From Raillietiella orientalis (taxonomy: Eukaryota), in assembly GCA_036172245.1 (NCBI GenBank), contig JAYWIR010000073.1:124001-188000 (forward strand): a stretch of 64,000 nt of DNA, in the 5' to 3' direction. Numbering within the stretch: the first letter of the stretch is position 1; every line of letters begins with the position of its first letter. A program made the position numbers and the translations under genes. Positions 25,721 to 37,622 of the stretch are shown here, piece after piece. Under the pieces are notes generated by a model, which was given only the letters and a program-made list of their open reading frames with translations, was not told the origin of the DNA and did no database searches.

Positions 25721-26102
25721 TCTCCGGCAGGAGGAACCTGCCCAGGTGGAACGGGCTTAAAACACTCGTAGCCTTCCAAAGGCAGTCCGACCACGCTTCC
25801 ACTGGGCTGATGCTCCCCAGAGGGACGCCTAAGTACTTGAAAGGCGTAGCGGTCGGGATCCCCAGGCGGATCCAGTCGGACTGCCCCTCCCACGCCGCAC
25901 CAACTGGAGCGACCAAGCTCTTGCTCCTGTTTACGCTCATGCCCGCTCCCCGGCGAATCAGCTCGAAGAAATCCTCGAGACTGGGCGCCGGGGTGGACAT
26001 GAGTAAGAGGAGAAGCAGGTCATCGGCATAGACCGCCACGGACGGCGTACTTGGACCAGAGCTCGGCAAGTTGGCCAGCGTCAGCCTATCGCCAGGACGT
26101 GT
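25721..26102 (-). mobile_element. LINE family B RT fragment (mirrored at 37623-38004, plus)
   Basis: VAVYADDLLLL, GMSVNRSKS and FKYLGVPLG, which are canonical RT domains 5-7. Confidence 0.9.
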
Positions 26103-28631
26103 CTCCGTGTCGCTCCCGTAGGTGACAATTGAATTGTAAAGTTCCTGTAATCTTCTCCAAGCATTTACGTTTATATTGTATTTCGTGTATCTTACAGATT
26201 TATATTACTTGTTCACAAGGAATCGTGGTGATACAGTGATTATTGTGGTAAACGAATGGGCGCTTCTTTGGCCGTCCGCAGCTGGTGTAGTTTAACTAGA
26301 AAGCTGTTGATTGGCCAAGGTAAGACTTATTCCCATGTTCTTTTTGAACTTAATATTTTGTAAGAACTATTCAATCTTTTCTAAAGCCTTTTTTTTTTGC
26401 CACTGCGTCGTCAGCAAAATTATCAGTGCAACGCGTGAATTGATTCACAATAGATACTGTCGCATAGCATCCCAGGATCTCAACTCTTAGTGTCGAGCTT
26501 CAATTCCCAATACAAGCAACAACTAGCACTTTCTGCGCTTTCTGGAATAATGTGTAAACCGAAATTTCTGGTCAATCAGATAATTTTTCTTTTTATTTGC
26601 AATACTGGATTTTAAAAATAGCGGCGCGACCATGTGGCGCCGTATGGCAAACTCTTACCGCGCGTAATGAAGTTGGAGTTGCGGCTGTAACCCCAACGCC
26701 GTGCTCGCATGCACTCCTGTACCTTCGTTCGCGCTCGTTTGTGGAAAATTCCCCGTTACTCTGGTTACATGAGAGCAACCACTCCTTGAAACCATGGAAG
26801 TTCAAAAACGAACTTTGGAACCCGCCTTTTTAGACGCCGACCGTGGTTTATTCGTTTGCATTTCGCTTCCACGTCCTTGCCCATTCCTGACTGTAAATCC
26901 GCATCCTCAGCCGAAGAAAGGCACAATGGTTCACGTAACCTGAAGCATCATCTGACACGTAAACATGGTGTAACTCCCCAAAGCTCCACTCGCTTTTGTA
27001 ACCAATGCGATGTTACTGCGGACCTGTCCCACTGTTCCCCCGACTCTCATGAATGTACCCACTCAATTCGAAATGTGGGGCTTCCTCGTCCCCCCCAAAA
27101 GCTTAAATATCCGTGCTCGTCCTGTGGATCCAGATTCGACCGTAAAAGCCATCTCTGGACGCACAAGCGGACAACACATGGCACATCAAGAACCAAGAAA
27201 TGGTTACTACACGAAGTCTTCGACGAAGAACGTGGCACTAGTAACGTAACAACATAGGAACACCCGATCGAAAACCAATCAGCGACTGTGTACCGAAACA
27301 TCAACCACACACCAACTACGGATCAACGCGATTCCTGAACGTCAACCTGACAACAATGTGATTCCCGAACCACAACTTGTAATAACTCCTGGACTGCAGG
27401 AAGCAATGGCTGTTTTCCTGCAACACAAAGACTTATTCCAACCTTTGCCTGCCGAAATTCTCTCATTGACTGATTCTTCCATCTATGTGCAACTGGAAAC
27501 AGATCACAATGCGCAATCACTCCTGGATCCCCGTCCTCTTCATCACCGACATTTGCTGATGTCGTGGAAAATCAGCCTCGCGTGATGCTCACGAAAATTC
27601 AAGCCCTAATGCGTCTTCTCAACGCTCCCCACCCATCACTCAAACCTCCTTCACCATAAGCGGCAGTACATCTCCCATTAAAGTGCGATCCCTCAGAAAG
27701 ATTCCTGTGGCGGCTCAAAGATCCCTGTTGAGAATTCAGCCACAATACATAGCACCACACAAACAATTTCCGTTCCAATACTTGACAGAAAAGACAGCCC
27801 TCCACCTCTCACCTCTCAGCCATTACATACTGCTGCTTCCTTGTCCCCTAAATCTATACAGCGCAACGGACCATCTCGAAAATACCACCACAATCCAATT
27901 CCACCTAGATTCCGAGGATCTTATCGTCAATATGTAAAAACCCCACCTCTTGATCGCGCCCTTGCTACCTCTATTGTGTCCTCACCCCCACTTCCCGATC
28001 TACTACCCCCCCCACTCACGGACATTCCATATCCGCCTATAGCCAACAACGATGTTGCTCTTACATCTAACAACGTCCTTTTATTGCGATTTCCCGTATT
28101 CCGTAGCCCAAGCTTCATAATATTTTCCTCTCCCTGGCGAACACAAACTCTCGATGCCAGCAACACGCTTCGGTCTCTCAAACGCCACTTAACCACTGCA
28201 CAAAAGCTACCTTTTCTCAAACACAAGTTGCACTGTAGGAAATACAACTCAGATGTCTCCTATCATACACACCACCACCCATGGTTTAAACACATCGCTC
28301 CGCCGCAGCTTCCTGTGGCACTCCCTTCTTCCCAATGTAGCATTCCCAACTGTAAAGACACCTTTTCCTCAATGGGTGGATTACACAATCATACTCGATG
28401 GCACAGGCAACTGCAAAATCAACGCAAGAAACCACTTCCTACACGAACCCTTTACACCTACAGCCCTAGAAATGACGGATCACTTACCCACAGCAAACTG
28501 TTTTGACAGCCCCTGAACATCCAAGAGTGCAATCACACTCCCCTGTTTCCCGAACCTCACAACAGGATGCGCCACTCGTACATCTAACTCACCTATATCC
28601 TCTGCGCTCATCCGTCGAACCCGCATCGAAT

Positions 28632-29567
28632 AACCCTTAAGTACAACAGTTACTGCCAAATTTTCAGCATATACTACACAAAAACACACATTCTGTGCTC
28701 AGCACTTACATGCCGAGTCTCACATCCCGATGGATGAGCTGAAGTGACCCCCAGTGTTGAAGGAATCTAGGATGCTGCCCTTAAGTGGCAAGAGTCGGAG
28801 TTGCGACTGTTGCACTGGGGGTTACCCTGCAACGCACCCCGCTTCCAGTGGACCAGGGGAGCTGTGGATCCTGCGTGTGCCAGGTGTGGGGAGTGGGAAT
28901 CGCTCTCCCATCTCATCGTTGATTGTGCTGCCCTCCGACCCCTTTGGGAACGGCTTGGGACGACCCTCAGGCTTCCTATGGGCAGCGCGCCCAGAGACGT
29001 TTTCCGGCTCCTCTTCGTGCGGGACGCCCTGCAGCCAGCCGCAGCCCTCGCAGCACTATGCTGCGTTCGAGGCATCGTGGAGGCCTGGAGCGATGCCCAC
29101 AGCGGAGAGCAAGATTGGAACGAGAGGGACGTCATCCAGCCTGCAGTATGAAGCATACATGCAGAGAGCTGCTGGATGGCCCCAACTGGGACCAATGCGG
29201 ATGGACCTCGAGGGTTTCCTTCGAAGGATGGGCCCTCCTTGCAGTGAATTGTGATCTCTCCCCTGCCCTCCAAACTCTTTTTATTTCTTAATTTTTTTAT
29301 TTTTCTTCTTGTTTTTCCCCGTTCCCTTTCACTGCCGAGGAGAGTCACGCCGGGCTGCGTCCCGGCATGTCCGGTGTTGTGGGGTCGTTAGTGGGGCCTT
29401 GTACCACGTAGTCTGTTGACCAAGAATGAGTTTAAATAAACCTCCCGGCGTATCCGGATGGCAACATCGAGAAACCCTTAAGTACAACAGTTATTGCGAA
29501 TCTTTCGGCATATACTACACAGAAACACACATTCTGTGCTCAGCACTTACACCCCTAGTCTCACATC
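28632..29567 (+). repeat. ~95-bp direct repeat pair (28632-28726 and 29473-29567) flanking the family A insertion
   Basis: aacccttaagtacaacagtta...agtctcacatc is present on both sides, with about 9 mismatches. Confidence 0.9.
28727..29464 (+). mobile_element. LINE family A 3' fragment inserted into the NeSL/Utopia-like element
   Basis: LLHWGLPCNAPRFQW..CARCGEWESLSHLIVDC plus the family A 3' UTR, flanked by ~95-bp direct repeats. Confidence 0.9.
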
Positions 29568-32500
29568 TCTCGTAACAACCAAAATCTAACGATAATTGGC
29601 AAAGTACCATTGACATCCTCAACAAAGTCTTAAATACGATGACTTCTACATTCAACATACGCCCCTTCAACCCTTCTAGAAGACCCACTGCTTCCTGCAA
29701 TGCTTTTCGCCTAACCTCACCAATGCATCTCCAAACCTTGTATTGACGCAACAGAAAGCGAGCCATCCGCACTCTTCTGCACCCCAATCTCATCCAATTC
29801 AACGGCTCTCTATCGACAGTTGAAACCATGTTTAGTGAGAAATTCTCATCAAAGAATGCTAATACCGAAATTCTTCAGAAAAGCTCTTCAACTCTAGCAT
29901 CTTGGGAAGTTAATTGCACAAACATTACCCCTCCGGAAGTTGTGTTCACATTACCGAACGCTCAGGACACTTCCCCTGGAAATGATGGAATGCCCTACTC
30001 TTTCCTTTTGAAAGCTGATCCAGACGGATCTTGTCTTGCTGTCCTTTACAATATTTGTATCCACCGGTTGCGAATCCCTAAAGACTGCAAGAGTTCACGT
30101 ACAGTTCTAATACCCAGATGCGGAGCATCTGATTCCACGGACGTAGCACAATTTCGTCGCATCTCCATCTCCAAAATTGGCAAACTGTTATGCAAAATCC
30201 TCGCGAAACGGTGGTCAACGTGGATCCTCAACAATGGAATCCTTGGACATCATCAGAAGGAATTTCTTCCTTAGTGTTTTAGAACAAAACTTTGTCTTGA
30301 GCACTCTAGTCGAGCGCTCCCGGGTCCACCACAAGGACATTGCCACCGCGTGGATAGATTTTGAGGACACGTTCTCCACCATCCCCCACCAGCTCATCCT
30401 AGACAAGTTGACCATACTAGGGGCTGGTCATCAATTTCATGGTATCATATCCGAAATGCATTCGGAATCTACAACAATTTTAACCTCGGAAGGACCTACC
30501 TACCCAATTCCAATTCTCTCCTGAGTACTCCAAGTGTGCCCTTTGGGTGGTGTATTATTTAACATCGCGCTCGAACCCTTTATCAAAATTCTGAAGCACC
30601 ACCATTCTTCTATAATTCCACTTGCATATGCAGACGATATTGCGCTCATAGCAAGCTCCGTAGATGAGCAACATTTTGCCATCACCACACTTGCAAATGC
30701 AAGCCGTGCTGCAAACTCACAAATCAACCCCAACCAATGCGGCTCGTAGCATTACGTACCCTCCTCACCGCATGTTTAAAATACATCGCTGTCTGTGAAT
30801 GGTACACCAATTTTGTCCCTTTCCCTCCAAGAAACATATAACTATCTAGGAAAACCGGTTGGTTTTGACCCCCTCATGTATTATGGAAGCGTAGATACGT
30901 TCATTACGCGCTTCAAAATTATTGCAGACTCCTCGTTAGTTCCATGGCAGAAACTCGAGGCAATTAAATCCTTTTTCCTGCCATCTTTAGTACACGACTT
31001 ACGCCTCGGTACAAAACCCATATCGTCTTGGGCCAAGATCGACAAAGTAATACGAAATGCGTTCAAGCAAGCTATTCTTCCCCTTACTCAAGGCTCATTC
31101 AATGAATACCTTTACGGGAGTATCCGTGATGGATGCCTTGGGATAATGCTCCGCGTCTAAGAAGCACGAACCATGATAGCTGACTGCCTTTAAGCTCTTC
31201 ACATGCCCGGATCCCATGTGACCGATCTTGCCTTCTCTACCCTTGCCGATGCTGTACGTAGAAAGGCTCACGCCCCACCCGACCTACTCCTGTTTGCACG
31301 ATACCTCAATGGATGCTCTTCGTCCCCCTTAGACCGCCCAAGTGGTGATGCCTGCACGATGTGGTCCGCATTACGGGATGCAATGAAGCATCTATCCATA
31401 ACGTGGAACTTCGAGGATAATAATGTGACGCTCTCCTTGTCCTTTCCAGAGCACAAAAACCCCAAAATTCTATCGTTTCCGCAACGTACACGAGTAGCAC
31501 AAACGATACGTGCTCACTTTAGAGAGCAAAAAGGATTATCACTTTAAGCCAAGCCAGAGCAAGGTAAGACAATGGAATGTGTATCCCTTCACCAAGCCTC
31601 CATGTCATTCCTACCTACCCTCATGTGATGGATTCCGATTTGCAGACTGGCGTTTCATACACCGTGCCTGCCTAAACCAATTATTTCTTAACGGAAATCG
31701 AAAAACACGTGGTGACTTTGAACAATGCCGAAAATGTGGCTACGTAAAAGATACATTGGCCCATGTTCTGCGTAATTGTCCAATCCGACTTGAAACAGCG
31801 ATCACTCGAAGAAATGACTTTGCTGTCGACACACTGTACAAGATTCTCTCCCTTCGATGGCCCGTTGGTCAGAAAGATCGCCGGGTCGATGTGCTGAACT
31901 CCACTTTCCGCTCCGACATTTTCCTACAAAATGCGTCTACAGCTGTGATAATTGACGTTGTGGTCTCTTTTCAAAATTGTGCATTATCTCTGCAGCATGC
32001 TCGAGAAGGCAAAATCCGTAAATATGCGGAGATCGAAGCGGCACTTAGGCAACAGGGCCTGTGCACCAACAACCAAGCCTTTGCGAATGGAGCGCTATGC
32101 TCACGTGATCCCGAAAAGGACAAACTGAAAATTGCTCGGCATCCTTCACAGAACAATCACCTCGATCTCCCGACATCTATGCACCCAACTTATAAAATTC
32201 TCCAGGGACATATTCATCAATCACATCTCTAGGCCCAACCCTCCTGATTATCCAAAGGAAAACCTTGAAGGAAGTCTGCACCATGAGAACCTGGACCAAG
32301 CACACACAGAGTCATGTTCTGTATCTCGAGAGGAAACACAAATCCTCTCCTATCCCAGCATAGATCCTCGAGCAGACGACAACGTTTTCAACGGTCCCAC
32401 TACGTCTCCAATAGTAAGAGCTATCCAGGTACCAACGTCCCTCTAAAGGCGACAAGATACAAAAGACAAATTGAAATGTTCCCCATTAACAACTACGTAC

Positions 32501-32899
32501 TCAAAGACACTTCAAACCCCTGTGAAACGGAGATTCGCAAATTCGTAGTAAACACTGACCTTTATATAGGACAAAAATGTAACAAAATGTGTCGCAATAA
32601 AAACCCCAGCACTAACTCAAAGAAGATGCTGAAAAGCAGAGGGCTTAAGCTGTCTGCTGCCCCGCCGTATGCGGACGCCGTACACTTGGCAGCCGCTGAA
32701 AGAGATACAGCATAACGCTTGGTGCCAGAAGGAGCGCAAGTAGATGATAAGGTGCGTCGGGAGGCCTAGGCGTCCCAGAAGCTCCAGAAGGAGGTCCTCG
32801 TTTATGCAGTCGGACGCCTTGTTTGTCCGGAGTGGACGCGTTTTCTTGGTATTCCTTGGTGCCGAAAACCCTCTGCTTAAAGCGAAGTGTTCTGTAGTT

Positions 32900-33960
32900 C
32901 GGTGGTCGCTCAGGCAGCAATGCCTGACACGACCACCAGTGAGTGCCAGGGGGCGACTGCAACGTCACCCCCAGAGGCGATGGAGGTGGGGCATCCGCCA
33001 CCACAGAATCGGTCCCTGCTGCAGCGCAGGCGTGGAGCGCCGTCGTAGTGGTGCCTACGCATGCAGCCGCGGCGGAATTGAAAGCCTACGTGGAGGAGGG
33101 GTACAACCCCTCACTTCTCTACAAGGTAGGAAATTTGTCTTCTGCTGAGACTGCGCGCGACTTTTCAAAGGCGATGCGCACTCACAACGTTGAAGAGAAA
33201 GAACTCTGCGCGATGACCCCCCGCAGCGGGGGCAGTACGTCGAGGTGATCTGCAAACAGGCAAACAGAACGTCTGCTCAAAACCCCCGTCGGGATGGAGA
33301 AACGCAGGCTTCTTCCCATAACAGTGGACCGCAGAATGGTGGTCCACCTGTTAGGTGTTACAGCGCGGATGCATAGGGAAACCGTACGCGCCGCGTTGCA
33401 ACAATACGGAACGGTGTACGCCCAATGGTCCAAGCCTAGTCTCTTTGTGTACTATACTGTACTACAGTGCGGCCTCTCGGCTGCACGCATCACCGTCCGA
33501 GAGGGCTGTTCTTTTCCCCACAAACTGGTGGTCGCCTCCGAAACTATCGACCCATGGTATGTGGGGAAGCACAAATAATACGGCTTCTGCAATACGTTGG
33601 GAAATCTGAAAAAGCGATGCCTCAACGTGCAGTGCCAGGTTTGCGGGACAACGAACCACACATGGGACGTGTGTCCACAAGCAGCAATGCGGGTGGTGTG
33701 CGTAAGGATCGCCAAAAACCGTGCCAGGCAGCTGCAAAAAAAGTAGGCGGCAAAAGCTTCTGCGAAAGCTGAGCTACCCGCGCCGAAGGTCCAGGCCGCA
33801 CCCGGAACCCCGGTGAACAACTTCGAAAAAGTCGAGAAGAACGGCCACGAGCCTGGATGGCAGCTGGCAACAACCAAAGAAAGCAAGGACTGAAGACAAG
33901 AGAAAACACTCGCGTACCGCAGCAAAATGCAGCTGTGCAGCGAGATAAAAGATTGCAGCG
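32900..33960 (+). mobile_element. L1/Tx1-type ORF1 (gag-like) remnant
   Basis: RRM-like VVHLLGV....RETVRAALQQYGTV followed by zinc-knuckle remnants FCNTLGN...C and CQVCGTTNHTWDVC. Contains a frameshift and stops. Confidence 0.7.
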
Positions 33961-33965
33961 TTGTC

Positions 33966-35355
33966 ATTTGTCACCCGGTTGCGCCGGGATGTTTATTTCA
34001 AATCGTCTGGGAAAAGTGTTCCCAGGCAAGTGGAACAGAAGATGGGGAGGAGGGTTTCCGACACGCAGGCCGGGCACACTGAGAGTTCGGTACGGCAGGG
34101 TAGGGACAATAAATAAATAAATATAGTGGGAGGCTGGGGATAGGGGTCTGTAGTTCCATCCGTTCTTAGTCTCAGAACCGGCGGCGAATGCCGCCGATCT
34201 CCGTCCTCACTTCTTCGTGGAAATGTGGCCACCCGGCAGCCCTTTGCAGGTTGCAGGCTGCGGTGTCGGGGACCGATGTTGGGGCTGCTCGCAGCTGCAA
34301 TACGTGGCGGGCCCTGACAACGGCGCGGACGCAGCAGATGATTACGACGATCGCTTCAAAAGAAAGACCGCCACGCGTGTAGGAGCGGCGCATCCAATCC
34401 AGTGCGGTGTGTCCGGGGTGCAGGAGCGCTGAAGACAGTCGCCGCCACAGTTCCTGGAGGGCACCGCATTCAAACAGCAAATGCGGAAGCGATTCCACCG
34501 CTCCGCATTTGGCACAGTTCGGGGACGCAACTCCCCCGGGAACCAGGTGCACGCGCTGGGTGGAGTACAAACCCCAATGCACCAGCAGAAAAGCGTCCTG
34601 TTTCCACCGAAGGGGGAAGACAGTCGCGTCCAAACACGCAGAAGGGACCACAAGTTCATCGGTGGGCACCCCGAGGAGCTCACTCCACCGGAGAAGCCCC
34701 TTTGCAAGAATGCGAGGTGTGGCAGCGTCTGCCACTTCGCAAGTCCGCCAGCCGCCCAGCAGTCGGGTTTCGCCTGCGATTTCGCAAGTGACCTCCCACC
34801 TCGCCGGCAGGTCACTGTCATCTCGCACCATCAGCGCACACAGTGCTTCGGCGAGTGGCGTAGCGGCTAGGCGTGTCCACTGGACCTGGTCTTCCAGCAC
34901 CTCCCCCACTGGACAGTATGGGGAAAGTTTCACGCAACGGAGTTCCAGACGAGACACATCCTGTTGCGCTGCCCAGGACGATAAGGCTTCCTGCCTCCAG
35001 GCGTTGAAGTTCGTCGGCCGGCAGGAGATCCACGCATGCTTTCCCAGAAGCGAGGCGAGCTGCTTCAGAGGGAAGCCGAATCCTCTCTGGGCGCACTCCG
35101 TGCGCAGGTGCAACGAACGCAGTCCGTCGCCACCAGTGCAGCGCCGCAGCAGCAGCCGCGCTGGAGCACACCAGGGAGTAGTCCAAAGCTGGGCGCAAAG
35201 TGCCAGCATGCGGAACTGCACTAGCAGTCCGATCCGCTCCAGCGTCAGGATGCCCAATCCTGCATCCCGCCGAGGAGCCGCCAAGTCCTTGAGGCGGATC
35301 CTGGACCTCGCCGGTCCCCACAAGGCGTTTCGCAACAGGCGTTGCGCCCGACGCT
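33966..35355 (-). mobile_element. LINE family B 3' fragment with an uninterrupted 387-codon frame
   Basis: ORF 34172-35335 runs from RRDAGLGI to the CAKCGAVESLPHLLFEC zinc finger. The 3' UTR ends in AATAAA plus stem-loop at 33972-33997. Confidence 0.88.
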
Positions 35356-37622
35356 TAGCCGAGTAGGGAGGGGGAGGTAGTTGGAGAGGCTGGATAGCCG
35401 AGAAGGGTCCGATTGGGTGGTGGTGCAGCTAAACAGTGTCTAGAAGATCGATGGAGTCCAGGTGGTACTGGATTGAGATGATATTTTGAAGGTCTTTTGT
35501 GCTGTCGCGATGTGGAAGGTGAAGAAGAGGTGTGTGGTATATGCAAAGTGAGAGGTGGGAAGCAGTTGTTTTGTTTGTGGGTCGCTGGAAAATTTTGTTC
35601 TGTGGAGCTATCTACGGTGTGGAGCGCTCGCCACAGGTGAAGCTTCGCATGGTGTTTCGATCGAATCGGGGATCTCGTCGAGGGATCGCACTTCGGTGGA
35701 ATATTTTTCGCGTAAGGAGTTGCGGAAGCACGGATGCAACCGCTGAGGGATAGCTTCTCGAAGGACACGAATTGTTCTAAGGCGAATATAAGGTGAATTT
35801 GGGGCAGTAATAGGATACTTTGTAGTTTTCTCTAGATGAAGAAAGGATACTGTAGCTTGTAGGAGACACAGAAAGGCACGGCTCAACGGAAGAGTTTGTC
35901 TCAGGATTAGATTGAGCAGGATTAATTGGGAAATGAGTAAATGCCTTCTTAAGTTTTTCCATTCGAATAGGGGAAGAGCGGGCACTAGAACGTGCAGGAA
36001 GTTGTCTTGTTATTGAGGATTTCCTGCAGGCTGAACACGATTTCTGTTCCAAGCTCGGGAGAAAGTTTTGAAAACTTTTCCTATGCATTACTCGGGGCTG
36101 GCGTTTTAAGATGTCTGCATATGAGGGAAGAGATAACGGAGCTTTCAGTGTGGAAGACGGGGTACTATCACTAGGGGTAACTGTTGAACGGAGTTTCCTG
36201 GTCATCGGATGAATATCCTGTTTGTTCTCTATCTTCGAAGTAGCGTCATCGTGGGAGCATGCAGAGAATTAGGCAGAAAGTTTGCTTCGAATTTCCAGAG
36301 GGATAGGCTGAAACGAATCTTCATTATCCAGAAATATTTTCACAGCTTCCTCAGGAGAAGGAGGCGATGGATTCGCAGCGTGCGTCGCAGGCGTTAAAAG
36401 AGGTTGTTCGAGGATGTCGCTCGAGGTCATACAGGAGGCTATTTGCGGAGATTGGGGGAAGTGTGAGTCTTCTAGGGATTTTAGTGGGATATCGTCTCCC
36501 AGCTGTTCAAAAAACTCTGAATGACTTGGGCCGGCTTCCTCATCAAGAAGTTCAAACTCAGATAGTTTCTTAAATTTTGATGTGCCATGCACACTTTGGT
36601 TGTACTTCACGCGAAAAGCTTTGCGGTCGAAGCTAGAGGAACAGAACGCACAGGGAAACTTCAACTTTTTCAAGGGAAGCGGAAGTTCCAATGTTCGAGT
36701 GGATTGAGTGCACTTATGGGAAGCAGGAGAATATTTCAGAAGGTCGGCAGGAAAGTTGCATTCATTACAAAAGCAAAAAGTACTTTGGGGGGCTACACTA
36801 TGGATGCGTGAGATATGGTGTTTCAGGCTTCTGGAGCGATTGTACGTTTCTTCAGCTGAGGAAGCAAACTTGCATCCCTCAACTGGATATGGGTATGGTC
36901 GTGGGAGGGAAACACACAGATATAGGCATCTGCTGGAGTCTAAGAAAGTGGACTTGGAAGACGGTTTTAAACTTTCCATGCTGAACATGTCATGAGGCAA
37001 ACAAAATTATATCGGACAAAAGGTCAATGGACATCCTTAAGAATTACTGCGAAACCTTCAGAAGTACAGGCGCCATCGTGAGCGCCATGGGCATGGTAAA
37101 AAAAAAAAAAAAAGAAAGTTTTCCAAATACGAGAGACAGAGAGTGAATACTTTTCTATACACGAGCAGTCGATAAGCGCAATACAGGAACGCTGTCACGT
37201 GCCTAGCGCGAAGTGCGTGTGGGCTACAAGCATGCCAAGTGGGCGCTCCGCCATCTTGGAAAATATCAATGCTTGCAATACAATTGTACGTAAAATCACG
37301 TTTCAATCACAATATTGCAAAGCATCAAATGTTTTAAAAATTAGCGCAAAGCTAGCATTAATCAAATCTATGCAATGTCTTGACAGCGACAAAGCAAAAT
37401 CTCTTACCTTGGCCAACCAACAGCGCTCTAGTTAAACCGTAGCAGCTGCGGGCGACCAGAGGAAAATCCGTATTTTGGAAAACAACTAAACTATCACACC
37501 AATTTTATGAACACCCAGCTAGAGTACGTATATAGGTATTACAAAAAAAGAAATAATCCCACATCGTGGCAAGAACAATTTCCAACACTACATGAACTTT
37601 TACACGCCCGAGCTACGATCAA
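35356..37622 (-). mobile_element. Second, diverged NeSL/Utopia-like element, 5' part only
   Basis: ORF 36269-37000 is homologous to the 26794-27250 zinc-finger region (FLD..R.L..C.SLPRP; ASSAEE..N.SR.LKHH; KLK.PC..C.S.FDRK). KYHLNPVPP matches KYHHNPIPP at ~27880. The upstream non-coding region is also homologous. Confidence 0.8.

Larger units (their letters stand above)
23519..26102. repeat. Left arm of a 2584-bp near-perfect inverted repeat
   Basis: Reverse complement of 37623-40206. Paired ORF coordinates all sum to 63725 (no indels), and I noticed only about 3 substitutions. Confidence 0.97.
26103..32605 (+). mobile_element. NeSL/Utopia-type (R2-group, restriction-like endonuclease) non-LTR retrotransposon, near full length, decayed
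   Basis: ATG at ~26794. C2H2 fingers (CSSCGSRFDRKSHLWTHKRTTH; CSIPNC..LHNHTRWH). RT motifs SPGNDG, WIDFEDTFSTIPH, LAYADDIAL, YNYLGKPVG, then SSLVPWQKL and RFADWRFIHRACLN (typical of Utopia/NeSL). CRKCG..DTLAHVL..C knuckle and RSD..IIDV..K..KY endonuclease. AATAAA at ~32596. Multiple stops and frameshifts. Confidence 0.88.
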
